From Amoebophrya sp. A120 (Eukaryota; Protista; Dinoflagellata): 64,000 nt of DNA. Positions 44,501 through 55,597 of the stretch are shown here, piece after piece; the stretch's first letter is position 1; every line of letters starts with the position of its first letter. The position numbers and the translations under genes are program-made. Where the stretch lies: the NCBI GenBank assembly GCA_905178155.1, contig CAJINV010000001.1, forward strand, positions 4,302,233 to 4,366,232, written 5' to 3'. Below the pieces are notes generated by a model, which was not told the DNA's origin, searched no databases, and was given only the letters and a program-made list of their open reading frames with translations.

Positions 44501-47500
44501 CAAGGCCGAGAAAAAAGAGTCAGAAAAAATTTGGCTCAACCTGCCGCCGGAGCAGTTAGCCAAAGGAACAGTCGAGCTGGATTACAAGTGGTCTGTGCAA
44601 AACGGACTGAGTAAACTGGCGCTGGAGGCTTTTGTCAATGAGTTTGGAAGTTTGGAAAAGCGCAAAGTTTACAAAATAGTGGAGAAACCGCTTGGGCAGA
44701 AGTTGATCACTAGCCGCGTGATCTTCGCCGTGAAGTTAAATGCCGATGGGTCTCTCAAACGTGTCAAATGCCGCTTCGTGCCTCGCGGGTACATGGACCC
44801 CCGCAAAACCACTCTTCGTTTAGATCAGGACGTGGTGAGCCATGAAGGGCTGCTTTTGAGTCTCTGTCTTGCGAGCAAAAACCGATGGCAATCAAAGACG
44901 ACAGATTTTGAGACCGCCTTCCTGCAACAAAACGGATTCAAGGAAGGGGAGCCCAGGCCGTTCGTCGCCTTTCCTCAATTGCCTGAAGAGTGCGGCCCTG
45001 AGTTTTACGAAGCAATGAAATGGGAGGTCAATTCATGCTTGGAGCTGTTGATGGCACTTTATGGCTTGGTGGATGGACCTCGACGTTGGTATGTTGCCTT
45101 TTCTGACTTCCTCAAAGAAGTTGGATTTCGGCAACTAGGTGCTGACTTGGGATTGTGGGTGCTGGAACTGGATGAAAAAGACGAAGTCGTGAGGCGCCCG
45201 GACCAAGAAAATTCCAAGAAATCGGCAGAGAAAATTTTGGCCGAAGAAGTTCTGGGAACCGCTCCCATTGGTCGAATTGCTGAAGTTGTAAATCTTCACG
45301 TCGATGACAAGCTTACGGCTGGAGATAGCGCATTCGATCGGTATTGGCAAAAAGTTGCTGATCGTTTCAAGGTGGGTTCGGTCGATGACATCGATGAAAG
45401 CGGTGTCATTTTTTGCGGAAAATGTATCAGAAGAACCAAAGACGGTGGGTATGAAGTGGATCAAGAACATTATGTCGCAAAGTTCGAGCAAATTGCGGCA
45501 CCAGCAGACGCAAAAGACGAAGATCCACTACCTGCGGAATACCACACCAAGTACCGCAGCGCCATCGGGCGTTTGAACTGGATTTCCTACCGCACACGAC
45601 CCGACCTGACCTACGACACAAATTCGCTTTCTAAGCACGCTACAGCGCCGACATGGTCGCACCTCCACCAGCTCAATAAATTGATCCGGAAAACTTTGCA
45701 CAGCAGAAGCGTACGACTGAAAATACCGAAACTAGAGGGCGATTTGCAAATAGTTGCCTATGCAGATGCATCGTTTAACCGACTACAACCCGAAGCCCCA
45801 TGCATTGGGTCAATTTATTGGCTGAGTTCCATCCCAGACAAAGCCGAAACGCGAGGGGTGGACCAAGTTCACAAAATGGAGAAACCGACCGGGGCAGCGA
45901 TCAGCGCTACTGGAGTGCCGATCTACTGGCGCACGACGAGCGTAAAACGGAAATGCGATGCTATCCTGGATGCCGAAACCTTGTCGACGCAATTCGCCGC
46001 GAACGTGGCGAGATACCTCAGCGCCATCGCGATTTCCTTGGGTTTGGTTAAACCTACCGACCCTATCGTGATGCTGAACGACAACAACTCACTCGTGTCC
46101 CACCTGAAAACAAATAATCGCTGTCATAGCATGCGACTTGCAGCAAACTGGTACGGCCTGCGACAGCTTTACACGAGTGGGAGCATGGTGATTCGCTGGG
46201 TATGTGGCAAGACGCAAAACATCGCTGACGTTTTGACGAAAGGAAAAAGCCCTCTACTTCCATTGCTTTTACAAAATTTGCATCTTAATAAAATCTCCAT
46301 TCCGCGATGAGTTATTATATTTTTTCACAAATTCAGACTTTTAATTTGTCATGCTATTTTACATTCTTTTACAACTTCTTTATCATATGGTCAGCGCATT
46401 CTCATCGTGTTTCGCATTACAAATTCCGTTGACTACTACTCATACTCATCTTTTCTCCTTTTCCGCATTACAAATCTAACATTTACACTTTATTTTTTTT
46501 GACAAAATGATAATCAAGCCTCTTCCTGTAGCACCTTGAGTCAAATGATACGAGTACTCCCGTGCTGTTTTTGTTTTGCCATTTTGGCAGTTTTACGCTC
46601 TTCGATTTTATCTCACGTTCACCATTGCGATTCGGATTGTCATTGCTTTAATTTTTTTTGCTTTTCGCATGACAGATTCATCTTTTGCTTATTTTTATCT
46701 CACATTTTCAGCATCACATATTCCATATTTTCCTAGTGTTATGAATATTTTTTTTTGCTTTCTAAGCGGTGTTTGCTTCATTTCATATCATTTTGTTGCA
46801 AACTTTTACAATATTCAAATTTCCCGCATTACAAACCAACTCTTTTATTTCCCTTCGTGTCATGTTTCGCATTACAGATTTGGTTTTTATATTTCATGCA
46901 CGCACCTACATTTTTCAAATTTTTCTACTCTTTCTTCACGTTTGGTTGAGCCTTCTTACGAACTTAGGTTTTTATTTCCCTAGGTCGCTCCACATAGAAA
47001 TCTCATATAAATACTGGCCATATTTATTTTCGATTTTTCTTAGTGGGGGGAGTGATGAAACACTCTCGGTATCGTACTACATCGTTTGCTTATCGTTCAC
47101 TACAACAAGCTCGAAGTAATTCGGATACTCTCGTACTAAGTATCTCGGTAGCCTCGTGATTTGAAAGAAAAGAGAAAGCAAAGAAAGGAAAAGAAGAAAA
47201 GAAAGAAGAAGAAGAACCTCGATGGTGAGACTGGCTTTCTTTTGCAATCAGGTGCTGTTTACGAAGAATAAAAACCTTCCCCCAGTAGGTATCTGGACAC
47301 GATACCTTTAGGCTTCAAGAGTCTGTTTGTTCGTATATCAGTCGCATTTTACGAGATCTTAGCACCTACTAACTTATTTTCAGCCGAACAATGATGGCTT
47401 TACTTGTCAACCCAAGCTTTTTTCGCTCGCGCCTTCATCTGGAAGAGTAGAATAAACACCTGATCAAAACTAGTTATGACCCAAGTAGTACCTGATTCAT

Positions 47501-50500
47501 CCTCGCGACTTCGTCCTGGTGATTGGCCTCCAAGTTCTGCTTTTCTGACTCAAACGATGCTCTAATCTGTGCCTCTCGCTTGTCTGCGTCAGCCTGTGGT
47601 AAGAGTTCACGAGAACAAGCAGTGGTGCGTTGATGCATTTAGAAACGGCGAGTCGGACAACGTCCATGATCTTCCAGGATGAAAAAAAAAGCCGAACAGA
47701 CGAACGACTCATCTGAGAAGAAATTCATTATGAAGATCGATCAAAACAAAAATCTTGATGTTCTTTGCCGAATTATTACCTTCAGCCTCCTCAAGCTCTC
47801 GTCTCCTGATTGCATTAAATCTTCTATTCGCTTTTCCGAGGCTACCAAATCCGCCCGCAGTATCGCTATATCGCTCGTCAACTCGTCGATCTTGGAGGAG
47901 CTGCACCGCAGGTCTTTTTCCAGGGCGGCGCACTTGGCGTCGGTCGCCCGCTTCTCATCGGCGAGTTCCTTGTGCCGTTCCCTGGCGGCTTGCGTTTCCG
48001 CCTCGTGCTGCTGCCGCAGCTTTTCCATTTCCATCCGCAGGTTCCCGTCCAGCTGCGCCAGCTCCCCGTCGTGTCTCGATTTCAGCTGCTGCAGCGACGC
48101 CGTGTGTTGGTCCTCGAGCGCGGCAATCTTCTCCGTGAGCTCGATCTGCAGACGCGTTTAGGAGGTTTTGATACGATTTATTCTTCATAAACCCTTATTT
48201 TTACTTTTAGTGAGTAGCTCGCCGGAAAGATGAAGGACCTTTGTCTTTCACTTTCTAGTACTGTCAAACAGGAAGATGAAAACATCAATCACTACAAAAG
48301 CGTATATCACGTACGTTGTGCCGCTGCTTGACCCGCTCTAGCTCCGCGCCGTGCTTTTCGTAGATGTCCGCAATTTTCTGTTGGTGCTGTTGTGTCAGTT
48401 CCTGTACCATTTTCACTGCGTCGTCCTTGGCGTCGTTCAGCTGCCGATTCATCTGCGCCGTCATGAGGTCCATCTTCTGCTTCGCCTCCGTGGAAACTTC
48501 CCCCAAACCCCTTTCCTTGTCCTGCAGCTGCTTTTCCAAGGAATCGATGCTCTCGTCCTTCATCACTAAATTTCTTTCCAGCTCCTGTTTCTCGTTCCTC
48601 ACGAGTGTGAGATCCTTTTGCAGGTTCGTGTTGTCCTGCTTTGCCACCCGGCACTCCTCCGTTTCGCGGGACAGATCCTCGCGCATCCGCGCGATAGTAG
48701 CGGCGTGCCGTTCATCCGAGGAAAGATTCTTCGACTCAAGGTTTTGGACACGGTCGCGCGCAGTCTATGTTTTTATTTTCAGAAACCATGATTGACACTT
48801 TCATTTTCATCGCAAATCGACAAAAATCGTAATCGATTCAAGTGTACTGTAGTACTCAGCTGCAATGTGTTCTTCTACTTCTAGTACTAGTTGTTCCATC
48901 CTGATCCTGGTATCTTCTTTACTTGCGGTAATAAAGAACAGGAACAAAACTCATGATACCTTGAGTTGTTCGCCGAGACCCGCTGCCTCCGCCTCCTTGG
49001 CAGCAAGGGTCTCGCGCACCGCGTGGAGCTGCTTTGCGGTGTCGCCGCCGAGATCCTCGAGGTTGCGCCGCTTTGACTCCTCCTCTTCTAGTCGGCCCTG
49101 CAGAGTCGCCACTTTCTGTTCGAAGTCTGCGTGTTCTTTTTCCCGCGCCGCACTGGTTTCGTGGCGGTCCCGATCTCGATCGGTGATAAAGCTGCGCTGA
49201 AGCTCTTCTATTCGCTCGTTGTGCGCTTTTGTCAGTTCTTCTTTTTCTTTCGTATACTTTTCGCTCGCCGCCTCTGTCTTTGACGCAAAGTCGGCACTCA
49301 GGGACGCTTGCAGGCTTGCAATTTCCGCCTTGTGCTTTTCTATTGTCGCGTCCAGCTCCTGTTTGTGCGCTGCTTGTTTTTCTTTCAGCTTCTTCTCTAG
49401 TTCTTCTATTTCAGCTGTGTGCTTCTGCCGCAAGATGTCAATGTCGGTCTTGGCCCCACTACTGGTTTCTTCTATCTGCTTGCGCAAGGCGTCTATCTCA
49501 GACTGCAACTTGTCACGTTCCGCTCGGCTCGAGTCTCGCTCGCTCGTCAAGGTGTTTGCTTGCTCCTCCAACCGCTGTGCTCGTGTGTCCAGCTGATATT
49601 TTCATGGAAATGAAAAACGGTTGAATTTCATTGAAAGAAGCTACGCACAGACGTGCGACCATCAAAAAAACAAGTTGATGGAGAGAACCAGTAGCCGCTA
49701 CCGCTACCGAACAACAGTGTAGTACACAACGTACTCGCAAAAAATATACAAAAATTTACCTCTGCTCGCCGTTTCTCCGTTTCGCTAAATTTTTTCTCGA
49801 CCGCCTCTTTCCCGTCCTCCAGCGACTTTTTGGTTTCCTCCCAGCGCTTTTTCTCCAGCGCAAAGGAGTCTCGTAGTCTCTCGACCGTGTCCTGGGCTTC
49901 CCGGGAAGACATGCTGGCCTCGGACTTGTATATCGTAAGGAAAGATCCCCCCTCCCCATATTGAAAAGATATGTTTTCGAAAATTTGCGTTGCTGATTTG
50001 AGGTCACAAATCACATCTGTCTTGCAAGAAGAGAAGGGCAGAAGCTTCCGCCCCATTATGAAGCCGGTTTGTCATGCTGTTGGGACTACAGGGCAGCCGT
50101 TTGCCATGCTGAGCAACTAGATTCATACGCCCTTACCTACCCTGGGGATCTGGTCGCAATGCCTCCCTGCAATACACAGCTGATTTGTGTACACAAATCC
50201 AGCATCAGAAATTCTGTTTTGATATGGGGAGGGGGGATTTTTCCTCACAATATTGTAGCGCGAGAATTCTCTCTCCCGGTCGGCCGCTTTCGTCGTTTCC
50301 TCGTCTATATCAAATGTAAAAATGTCTGGGTCTGGAAGAATACGCGATTTGTCATGCAGCTTTTCCATGACCCGTGAGGTCTGGAATGCAGGACATAGCG
50401 TGACAGATTCTGTGCGATCTTTCCCATGCCTATCCTGCATGAGAAACTGCCTCCCGACTTGGTCAAAACTGGACGACTTTTGGTAATCATGCAACACAGA

Positions 50501-51663
50501 TTTTTGCATGCTTCAGATTTAGCACGACAAATTGCATTCTTCCAGACCCAGACATTTTTGCATTTGATAGTCTAGCGAGGCTTGAAGCTTCGCGACTTGA
50601 CTGCCCAACTCGGTCTTCATCTTCAGCAATTCCGCTCGTTCTGATTCTAGTCGCGACGCAGTCGCGGAACTACCCTCTCTCAGCCTTGACAAGTCTTCCA
50701 CCACCCGATCCCGGTCCTCCGCGGTCTGTTTGCGCCGAGTCTCGGTGTCCTCCAGCTCGGACTCTAGTGCCGTTTTGTCGGCGATCGCTTTTTCCAGCGA
50801 CTTTTGTTTTTCTGCGAGCTGCGAAGCCAAATTTGCACTGTTCTCGTCGCGCTCCTCTACTTTTCGCTTCCAGTCATTTTCGGCGTCGCTGCGCGCACCC
50901 TCGAGACTGCGGATCTGTTGAAATTATGGTGTGCATGATTCTTGTTGGTGTCCTTGCAGCAAAGAAATTTTCCGGCAGATAAGTATAAGTAATCTCAACA
51001 CAATCTTTAATTTTCTATTTCTCCTTGTCGTGATGTGGATTCCGGAATTATACACGACACGACGAGCAGCACAGCCTAGCACTACATCAGCACTGGACAT
51101 CAAAAATAGATTGATACTTTCGCATTCAGCAAGACTCTTTCTTCGTCCCACTTCGTGCTTTCTGCCTCCAACGTGCCCGACAACGTCGCTTTCTGGTCCA
51201 AAAGCGCCTGGCTGTGCTGGTCCACTTTTTGCTGCAAACTTCTGTCAAAGCTCTCCCGCTGCTCGCGACACCGCACCCGGAGCTCATCGAGCTCCTCGGT
51301 CAAGGTTGTGACCCGGTCGGTCCAATGTCGGAAGGACTCCTGCTCCTTTTTCACTTGGTGGAGTTTCAGGTCTTCGATCTCCTTCAGCATGTTTTGCTTT
51401 TCTGACTCCAGTTTTTCCTTCATGCCGCGACTCTGCTCCCGCACCGCCGTCTCGTTTTTTACCTTCTCAAACGCGTTCCAGGCGTCCTGGATTTTCGCGT
51501 TGCAGTTGCGGACGATCCCCTCGATCTCCTGCTCGTACGCGTTGGAAACCGACCGCAGATGCAGGTCCGCTTCGTCATTTTTCGTGTTCAAGTGGAAAAT
51601 GACCTTCGTGAGCTGCGCAATCTTCTTGCTCATCTTGTGGAAAGTGTCGTCGCGCTCCACCAT
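38542..51663 (-). CDS. FAM184-like coiled-coil protein, multi-exon
   Basis: N-terminal KMSKKIAQLTKVIFHLNTKNDE; C-terminal RPSRPEDV..YYRLELVNREQNYNKVF..PNVGVLNP, both FAM184 hallmarks. GT-AG introns (e.g. 50915-51117, 49593-49759), four introner introns and one Copia-containing intron. Confidence 0.85.
38847..39337. mobile_element. TIR element / introner in the FAM184-like gene, carrying a nested element
   Basis: 32-bp TIR TATCCT(C/G)AGTAAAAACGTACCCACACCAGAGT; TSD GTTAG at 38842-38846 and 39338-39342; removal gives GPN|VGVLNP. Confidence 0.95.
39000..39206. mobile_element. Nested TIR element (207 bp)
   Basis: Imperfect ~55-bp TIR TATCAAACAAAAAAAGTTCGTCACGATCAC.. / TATGGAAAGAAAAAAGTTTGTCACAGTCAC..; TSD ATTCT at 38995-38999 and 39207-39211. 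Confidence 0.85.
39402..39665. mobile_element. TIR element / introner in the FAM184-like gene (264 bp)
   Basis: Left end TATCAAATGCAAATATGTTTGAGTCTGG, right end CCAGACCCAGACACATTTGCAATGCATA; TSD ACCGG at 39397-39401 and 39666-39670; removal gives MQYYR|LELVNRE. Confidence 0.92.
39910..40221 (+). repeat. Copia-2 5' LTR
   Basis: Direct repeat of 47053-47364 with 3 transitions seen by eye. Confidence 0.97.
40222..40232 (+). other. Primer-binding site, tRNA-iMet type
   Basis: TGGTAGCGGAG directly after the 5' LTR, complementary to a ..CUCCGCUACCA tRNA 3' end. Confidence 0.75.
40348..41439 (+). CDS. gag: Copia-2 Gag
   Basis: 363 aa with GKG-rich repeats and a CCHC knuckle (CWICGSNQHLRKSC). Confidence 0.9.
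   Translation: MERSSGSSSSSGHSSGRIPVPVWTPTMGPREWKEKLQLWLLASELSEHLICPTIMLQGIEPNHYHPLLVRQLLQMDPRTWTMSMTPDYEGKEGEDADWISGIRTMTPVQRLERAVTFLEPVDGLAEEKRYRRVSTFERKGNEDYQTATTRFKAYVVDQKNDQRPMDERAIVSAYFSGMRFDLNDSKTLRNHFDLAKSGQGEHTFRHLCQLVETLLVPTSLDRAGNRYDRQGDAIMAIAGLAQIPRWKGNGKGKHGRNGGNGKGNGNTNFQYKPQQRNGGKPTKAGGKGTGQGQNGGKPQRNGGNGKGNGGTKGGPGVGKGNGNAAKCWICGSNQHLRKSCPHRGNGSAMLAQDADADETEHAA
41825..43867 (+). CDS. pol: Copia-2 Pol part 1 (protease, integrase)
   Basis: VVDPGCSRSLVG..PFLLGCD (PR); HERNWH..CPTC, VCIDT, LTDNGTEF (IN). Confidence 0.85.
   Translation: MSELTEEQTKSYEKFAGIFVVDPGCSRSLVGEATLQAFRSVFPHFVGEEFQLPKKLSYKFADGFTKKVEKGVSIQIGSAWRTFAVLTPPDTPFLLGCDILGGSVIDLEGFEIRKGEEVIPLQKRNGLYVVDFLKNFEKIFGSETGYHYANAGTAEELAFFTYSEVKKLHERNWHLPAKPLTFRYSEVFENEAERKKFEQIAALVVENCPTCAQLLRMQPKPKLGGKKISATAPNELVCIDTVCFVWKNKKCAVLHFVDAHSGWSFATICETESSGSEVVRGLRLWRKINGSLPTAILTDNGTEFINAKVFGYLSTVAGGVIHYRSPVREHEFISESHTRALGMLVDRLCGSPASHYTSLDFVDILQEALVCKNSYVRSSGHSSQFVQLGNDHSQDVLRDLAPGPSIAKISKTDQEFASQRAQLRNEAAKLVNFEAQTKGISEILNNQSQHASAEFYYNGDRVFVNVDTKPEDKTTGRTRWAGATVVGTKGTKTVVVQFDDGTMKQAHARECRRLPPSEIEVVEVLPEEYQDLATNLESQLLQMQPEEEQENAETDATDVDKIVVDVMKANAKNLHSAAAARDDTTRRMAVQKSLFGSVKVIQASCRIGATRFDEPVLIAGNAQANREKLKTVRTVHATFTPKGKLLEVKYLKGPKVIQRAQEPRGVFDICCSRKSSHCRA
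43959..46310 (+). CDS. pol: Copia-2 Pol part 2 (RT, RNase H); frame open from ~43779
   Basis: VKCRFVPRGY, DFETAFLQ, ALYGLVDGPRRWY, LHVDD, TRPDL, YADAS, NIADVLTK. Confidence 0.9.
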   Translation: MESLGGLAMVELQWLAHYLSIPLAAQKDELLKRIKSHYEHTEELAFFSLGAPEAEFAYLSSQQKQSLSLFQDFFAGFVDDSTTRAEFLPGSRPFELINSTLNLPSLAGVVIRKNCQRVPTKTGLEKRPEIPNQHSATFILIPNAPARSASVGEAVSKRDLVVSLVFEDPAFKSVPTEPTEVKAEKKESEKIWLNLPPEQLAKGTVELDYKWSVQNGLSKLALEAFVNEFGSLEKRKVYKIVEKPLGQKLITSRVIFAVKLNADGSLKRVKCRFVPRGYMDPRKTTLRLDQDVVSHEGLLLSLCLASKNRWQSKTTDFETAFLQQNGFKEGEPRPFVAFPQLPEECGPEFYEAMKWEVNSCLELLMALYGLVDGPRRWYVAFSDFLKEVGFRQLGADLGLWVLELDEKDEVVRRPDQENSKKSAEKILAEEVLGTAPIGRIAEVVNLHVDDKLTAGDSAFDRYWQKVADRFKVGSVDDIDESGVIFCGKCIRRTKDGGYEVDQEHYVAKFEQIAAPADAKDEDPLPAEYHTKYRSAIGRLNWISYRTRPDLTYDTNSLSKHATAPTWSHLHQLNKLIRKTLHSRSVRLKIPKLEGDLQIVAYADASFNRLQPEAPCIGSIYWLSSIPDKAETRGVDQVHKMEKPTGAAISATGVPIYWRTTSVKRKCDAILDAETLSTQFAANVARYLSAIAISLGLVKPTDPIVMLNDNNSLVSHLKTNNRCHSMRLAANWYGLRQLYTSGSMVIRWVCGKTQNIADVLTKGKSPLLPLLLQNLHLNKISIPR
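47053..47364 (+). repeat. Copia-2 3' LTR
   Basis: Follows the PPT and precedes TSD CCTAC. Confidence 0.97.
49931..50252. mobile_element. TIR element / introner in the FAM184-like gene (322 bp)
   Basis: TIR TATCGTAAGGAAAGATCCCCCCTCCCCATAT / TATTGTGAGGAAAAATCCCCCCTCCCCATAT; TSD TTGTA at 49926-49930 and 50253-50257; removal gives FSRYK|SEASM. Confidence 0.93.
50308..50569. mobile_element. TIR element / introner in the FAM184-like gene (262 bp), same family as 39402-39665
   Basis: TIR TATCAAATG(T/C)AAAAATGTCTGGGTCTGGAAGAAT; TSD GTCTA at 50303-50307 and 50570-50574; removal gives ASLD|EETTK. Confidence 0.95.
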
Positions 51664-52957
51664 TTTTTCGGGACCACGCGCTGACGGGCGCGCGACACGT
51701 GGTCTTGCTTACTACTACCTGGCCCTGGTGTGCTGTGCTCCACCCATCAAACTAAATTAGTACTACACGCGGCAAGGGCGAAGCGCCCACAACATCGGTA
51801 ATAGCGCCAGGCGAGGAAGAGGGCCGGGGAAGTAGTTCTTTACCATGAAGAAAATGCGCGGAGAGTTCGTCGTTTTTAACGCTTCTCTTCTTCAAAAAAA
51901 TCGCTTGGCCGGTGAGGCTCCATCCCCCATCTGCAGCCGGCAACTGACGACTCGATTACTTTTGCGTGCATCTTTGTGCAGGTGTCAGGTCGTAGGAAGG
52001 AATCTTCAGAACGCGTCGAATCCATTTCTGACAATCTTCCCGAACGTCAGCCTGTACCACCCGGCGCCGTGCGCTTCGAGTCATGAATTTCAAAAAGTCC
52101 AAAGTGCGTCAATGGCTCCTGTGGCGGCGTTGGTGTAAGAGCAATCACAATCAATTGAAACTTACGATCATCCGAGAGGAGGAACATACTTACTTACACT
52201 GTATCATAAGGCGACTTATTTTCACTCACGATGTCTCTCCGGGATTTTCGAAACGAAAAAAAAAACGAAAACGACATACGTTTTCCTCTTCGATCAAGTA
52301 GCATCACGATTGCAGAGAGTGCGATTCATCTTGATGTAGTTCTCCCTCTTTCACTACGAGAACAAGCCTTCTCAATAAATATTGAGAAACGACAACGACT
52401 ACGAAAAGAAGCTCAAGCTCCACATCGAACATGAAAATACCGTGGGCAAATGAGCAAAGATCCGCTCCGGGACGACGGCAGACGAGCGTCTCAAGTTTAT
52501 TTTGACTTTGGACTTCTTATGTGGTGAGATGATGTTTCGCAGTCTGGTCGTGGTTGATTCGAGCCATACTTCTGCTTCTGCTAGATGGCAATATATAGCT
52601 CTTCTAGCCCTGATAGGATTGGTGTCGTGGTTCTTGCGCCATAGTAATACTATGCGAAGGTTTATTCCAGAAGTTTTTCAAGACCTGGTGTCGTGGTCGC
52701 TTGTTCCATGGACCGTTTCAAAAAATGGTGAAGAAGATTCGTCTTAATTCAGTCGCTATGGTGAAGATGTTGAATTGTAAGTAGAAGTGTAGAAGCGATT
52801 CACAGTGGCATCAAAACAATGGTGCCAGTGTTTGTTGTTCCTGTCAACATGTGATAGTATTTCCTTCCATTTCGAAACATTTCCTAGCTGTTGATTCTTA
52901 CTGCTGTGCTACTAGCTCTCTCGTTGAAGGTCGTCGCGAACCACAATTTTCAAAAAA

Positions 52958-55025
52958 TTAGTCCGAGTCGTCGGAGTCCGAGTTTTCGGCAAGCCACTCC
53001 GCAAAGGGTTTCACGATCTTGTGCACGGCGTCGTGGCCCGGGTGGTTCTTGTTGGCCTTCGGATCGTTATAGTAGGGGAGGAAATTCTCCTCCTCGATTA
53101 AGTCCATATCGTACATGGCCTTCAGAACCATCGGAAACCTGTCAAGAATAATTCGATTCAGTTGTGATGTCGATCAGCGATAAGTTATGTTGAACAAAAA
53201 TCTTCATCTACTCGAGGAAACAGCACTATTTGATCATTATTCAATGCTTTATTTACAACAGCACCGCAATCTTGAATCTCCGCAAAGACGTGGTCATCGA
53301 CACTTCGATTCTACAAAAAAACTCTATAGTTGTACCCTTTCAGGCAGGCTTCGTGTTCGGAGATGTAGAGCTCGAAAGCCCACATCAAATCCTTCATCGG
53401 AATTTTGTCCTCCCGCACGACCCCGGCGAACAGGTCCTCGGCCTTTTCCATGGCTTTCGCAGATAAGGATTCGTCCGGAAACAAGGACTCCAGAATGGCG
53501 TACGCAAACAATTTCTTCTCCATCTGCCGAGAAATCTTCAGAAGCCGGGACTGGGATAGGTCGTTTATTTGGATCAAGAATTGCAAGGATTTAAGAAAAG
53601 AACATGCTAAAAAAAAGTATAAACATAAGCCATCTTTTTATTTCTCGTGCTAAAAAATTTTCATACCTCCTCGATGAATTCCTTGGCTCCGCCCTCCTTC
53701 AAGCCTTTCAAGGAATCGATGAAAGTCAGCGTGTCCTCGTCCTTGTGCTGGTTCTCCTCGTCGTCGCTGCTCTTCGCACGCGTGCCGTCCTGGTCGCCGC
53801 CGTCATCCGACTCCTCCCGGGTCTTCTTTTTCTTCTCCTTTTTCTCCTTCTTGTCCTTCTTCTTTTTCTTTTTCGTCTCACCAGAGTCCGAGTTGTCCTC
53901 GTCCGCGTCGCTGTCAGCGGCCTTCTTCTTCTTTTTCTTCTTGGCCTCTGCATCGCCGGCGTCTGTGGAATCACAATATGTTTGCATACAAACTAAAGTG
54001 ATCTATCATCCACCAAGGTCAACTACAGTTGAGAAGAAACAAAAGTGCGTCGAATGCATACCTAGTACATGCGCAAAAATAATCAGGATGTAAGTGAATG
54101 CCTTTATGTTTATTCGAATGAAAAAAGTTCTATCAACAAACCGCACCTTCCTTGTTCCCTTCCGCAGCTTTCTTTGCGCGGGCGGCGCGACGCTCCTCCT
54201 TCGTTTTTCCCTTCTGCTTGCTGTCATCACCGCCGCCGTCCATAGGGTTTTTGAACACGAACGCCGCCATCCGGTGGATGGTCGCGTCCTGCAGCAGGCC
54301 GGACCAGCCGCAAGCCGCGCACGCACCGCTGATCTCTTCCGCTTTCTTGTTGGTCCTGCGATAATTTTTCTCAGCTCGTTCAAAGAAAAAGCTACACGAT
54401 GATAACCTTAAACGTAAGATGTAAGAGCTTATTCAAAAAATTTTCTCATAAATTCTGGTGCACGCACAATGGAAGGAGCAAAAAGTAAACCGTTTGAGTA
54501 CTTCAAATCCATTTCCGGGAGTCCGCAGGTCGGACACAGCACGTAGACGCTCAGAAACTTGTCCAGGGAGACCTGCAGATCCGGGGCCTGGTGGGCGCCC
54601 AGGAGGATGGCTCTTTGGCCCTCCCCGTCCTTCTCCGTGTAGGTGGAGGTCGCGTTCTGCTCGCAGGAAAACCACTTCATGATGTAGCCCGGCGGCCGCT
54701 TGATCGCGGTCGCAATCTCCTTGCAGTTCACCACACTTGTCTTAATCCCGTTACCACGACCCTCGACCTGGTGAATCGGTTTATTGTATTTTTCAGATAG
54801 AGTTTGCACTTCAACGAAACTTTGTTCAGGTAGAAAAAGCGGTGCGACTATGCGTTCGTCTTCGTTACGTTCCTGATGCAGCAGATGAAACAGTGCCGGT
54901 GCATGAACAATAAAAGCGATGTTCTTTATAATTAGAGCGTAAAGATTTACCTTCGAGATGAGTTTCGGCATCTTGTACCGATAACTCGGGTCGGTGTTCG
55001 TGGAAGGAATGTTAACCATCGCCAT
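52958..55025 (-). CDS. eIF5: Eukaryotic translation initiation factor 5
   Basis: MVNIP..DPSYRYKMPKLISK|VEGRGNGIKT..RPPGY..YVLCPTCGLPE; K-rich boxes; W2-like C-terminus ending WLAENSDSDDSD*. Several short introns. Confidence 0.92.
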
Positions 55026-55597
55026 CTTGCCTGCTTTTTTCGGAAGTTACTACTACCCGAACGAACTGCTCCAAAAACTACTCTTTTCGCCGTCGATAAA
55101 AACCGTACTGACTTCTACTCGACGATTATCTTCCCCACCAGCAATGTGGGAGGTGCTATGTTCGTTAGTCTGGTGCCGCTGTCCTCGTCGTTGTTGAAGA
55201 GAAATAATAGCTGTTGAGGGTCTAGTCGCACTTGATGTAGTTCCACTTCCTGCCACTATGTGTAGAAGCAGGTCGCTTTTTGCAATAGTCAACAACAGTT
55301 CTTCCTCGTCATCCGAGTTTTTTCGTGCTGAAGAGGCCGCACTCGTTAGAGCAGTTGCTCCAGTCGCTGCGCGGTGCGGGGGGATGAAATACAGCAGGTC
55401 GTCTGTTCTTCTACCATGAAGAAGACTCCTCCTCGTGTTCTTCTTGCTGGTAGCACTACTAGCAGCTGATGCCACTTCCTTCAGCTGTAGTATTCTGCTG
55501 TTGCGCGTTTTGCGTTGCTGGGGCGTCGCCCATCCGAAAATGGACCTCTTCCTTGGCTTCGGCTTCGAAACATGCACTTCTATTCCTGCTGCTCGTG

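Larger units (their letters stand above)
39910..47364 (+). mobile_element. Full-length Ty1/Copia LTR retrotransposon (Copia-2, 7455 bp) with frame-disrupted pol
   Basis: 312-bp TG...CA LTRs, TSD CCTAC (39905-39909, 47365-47369), PBS TGGTAGCGGAG, PPT AGTGGGGGGAG (47042-47052), integrase upstream of RT. Confidence 0.96.

Noticed and set aside
46536-47119. Hydrophobic ORFs after Copia-2 pol (env-like?)
   Set aside because: They arise from T-rich low-complexity sequence in several frames, and are short with no coherent start.
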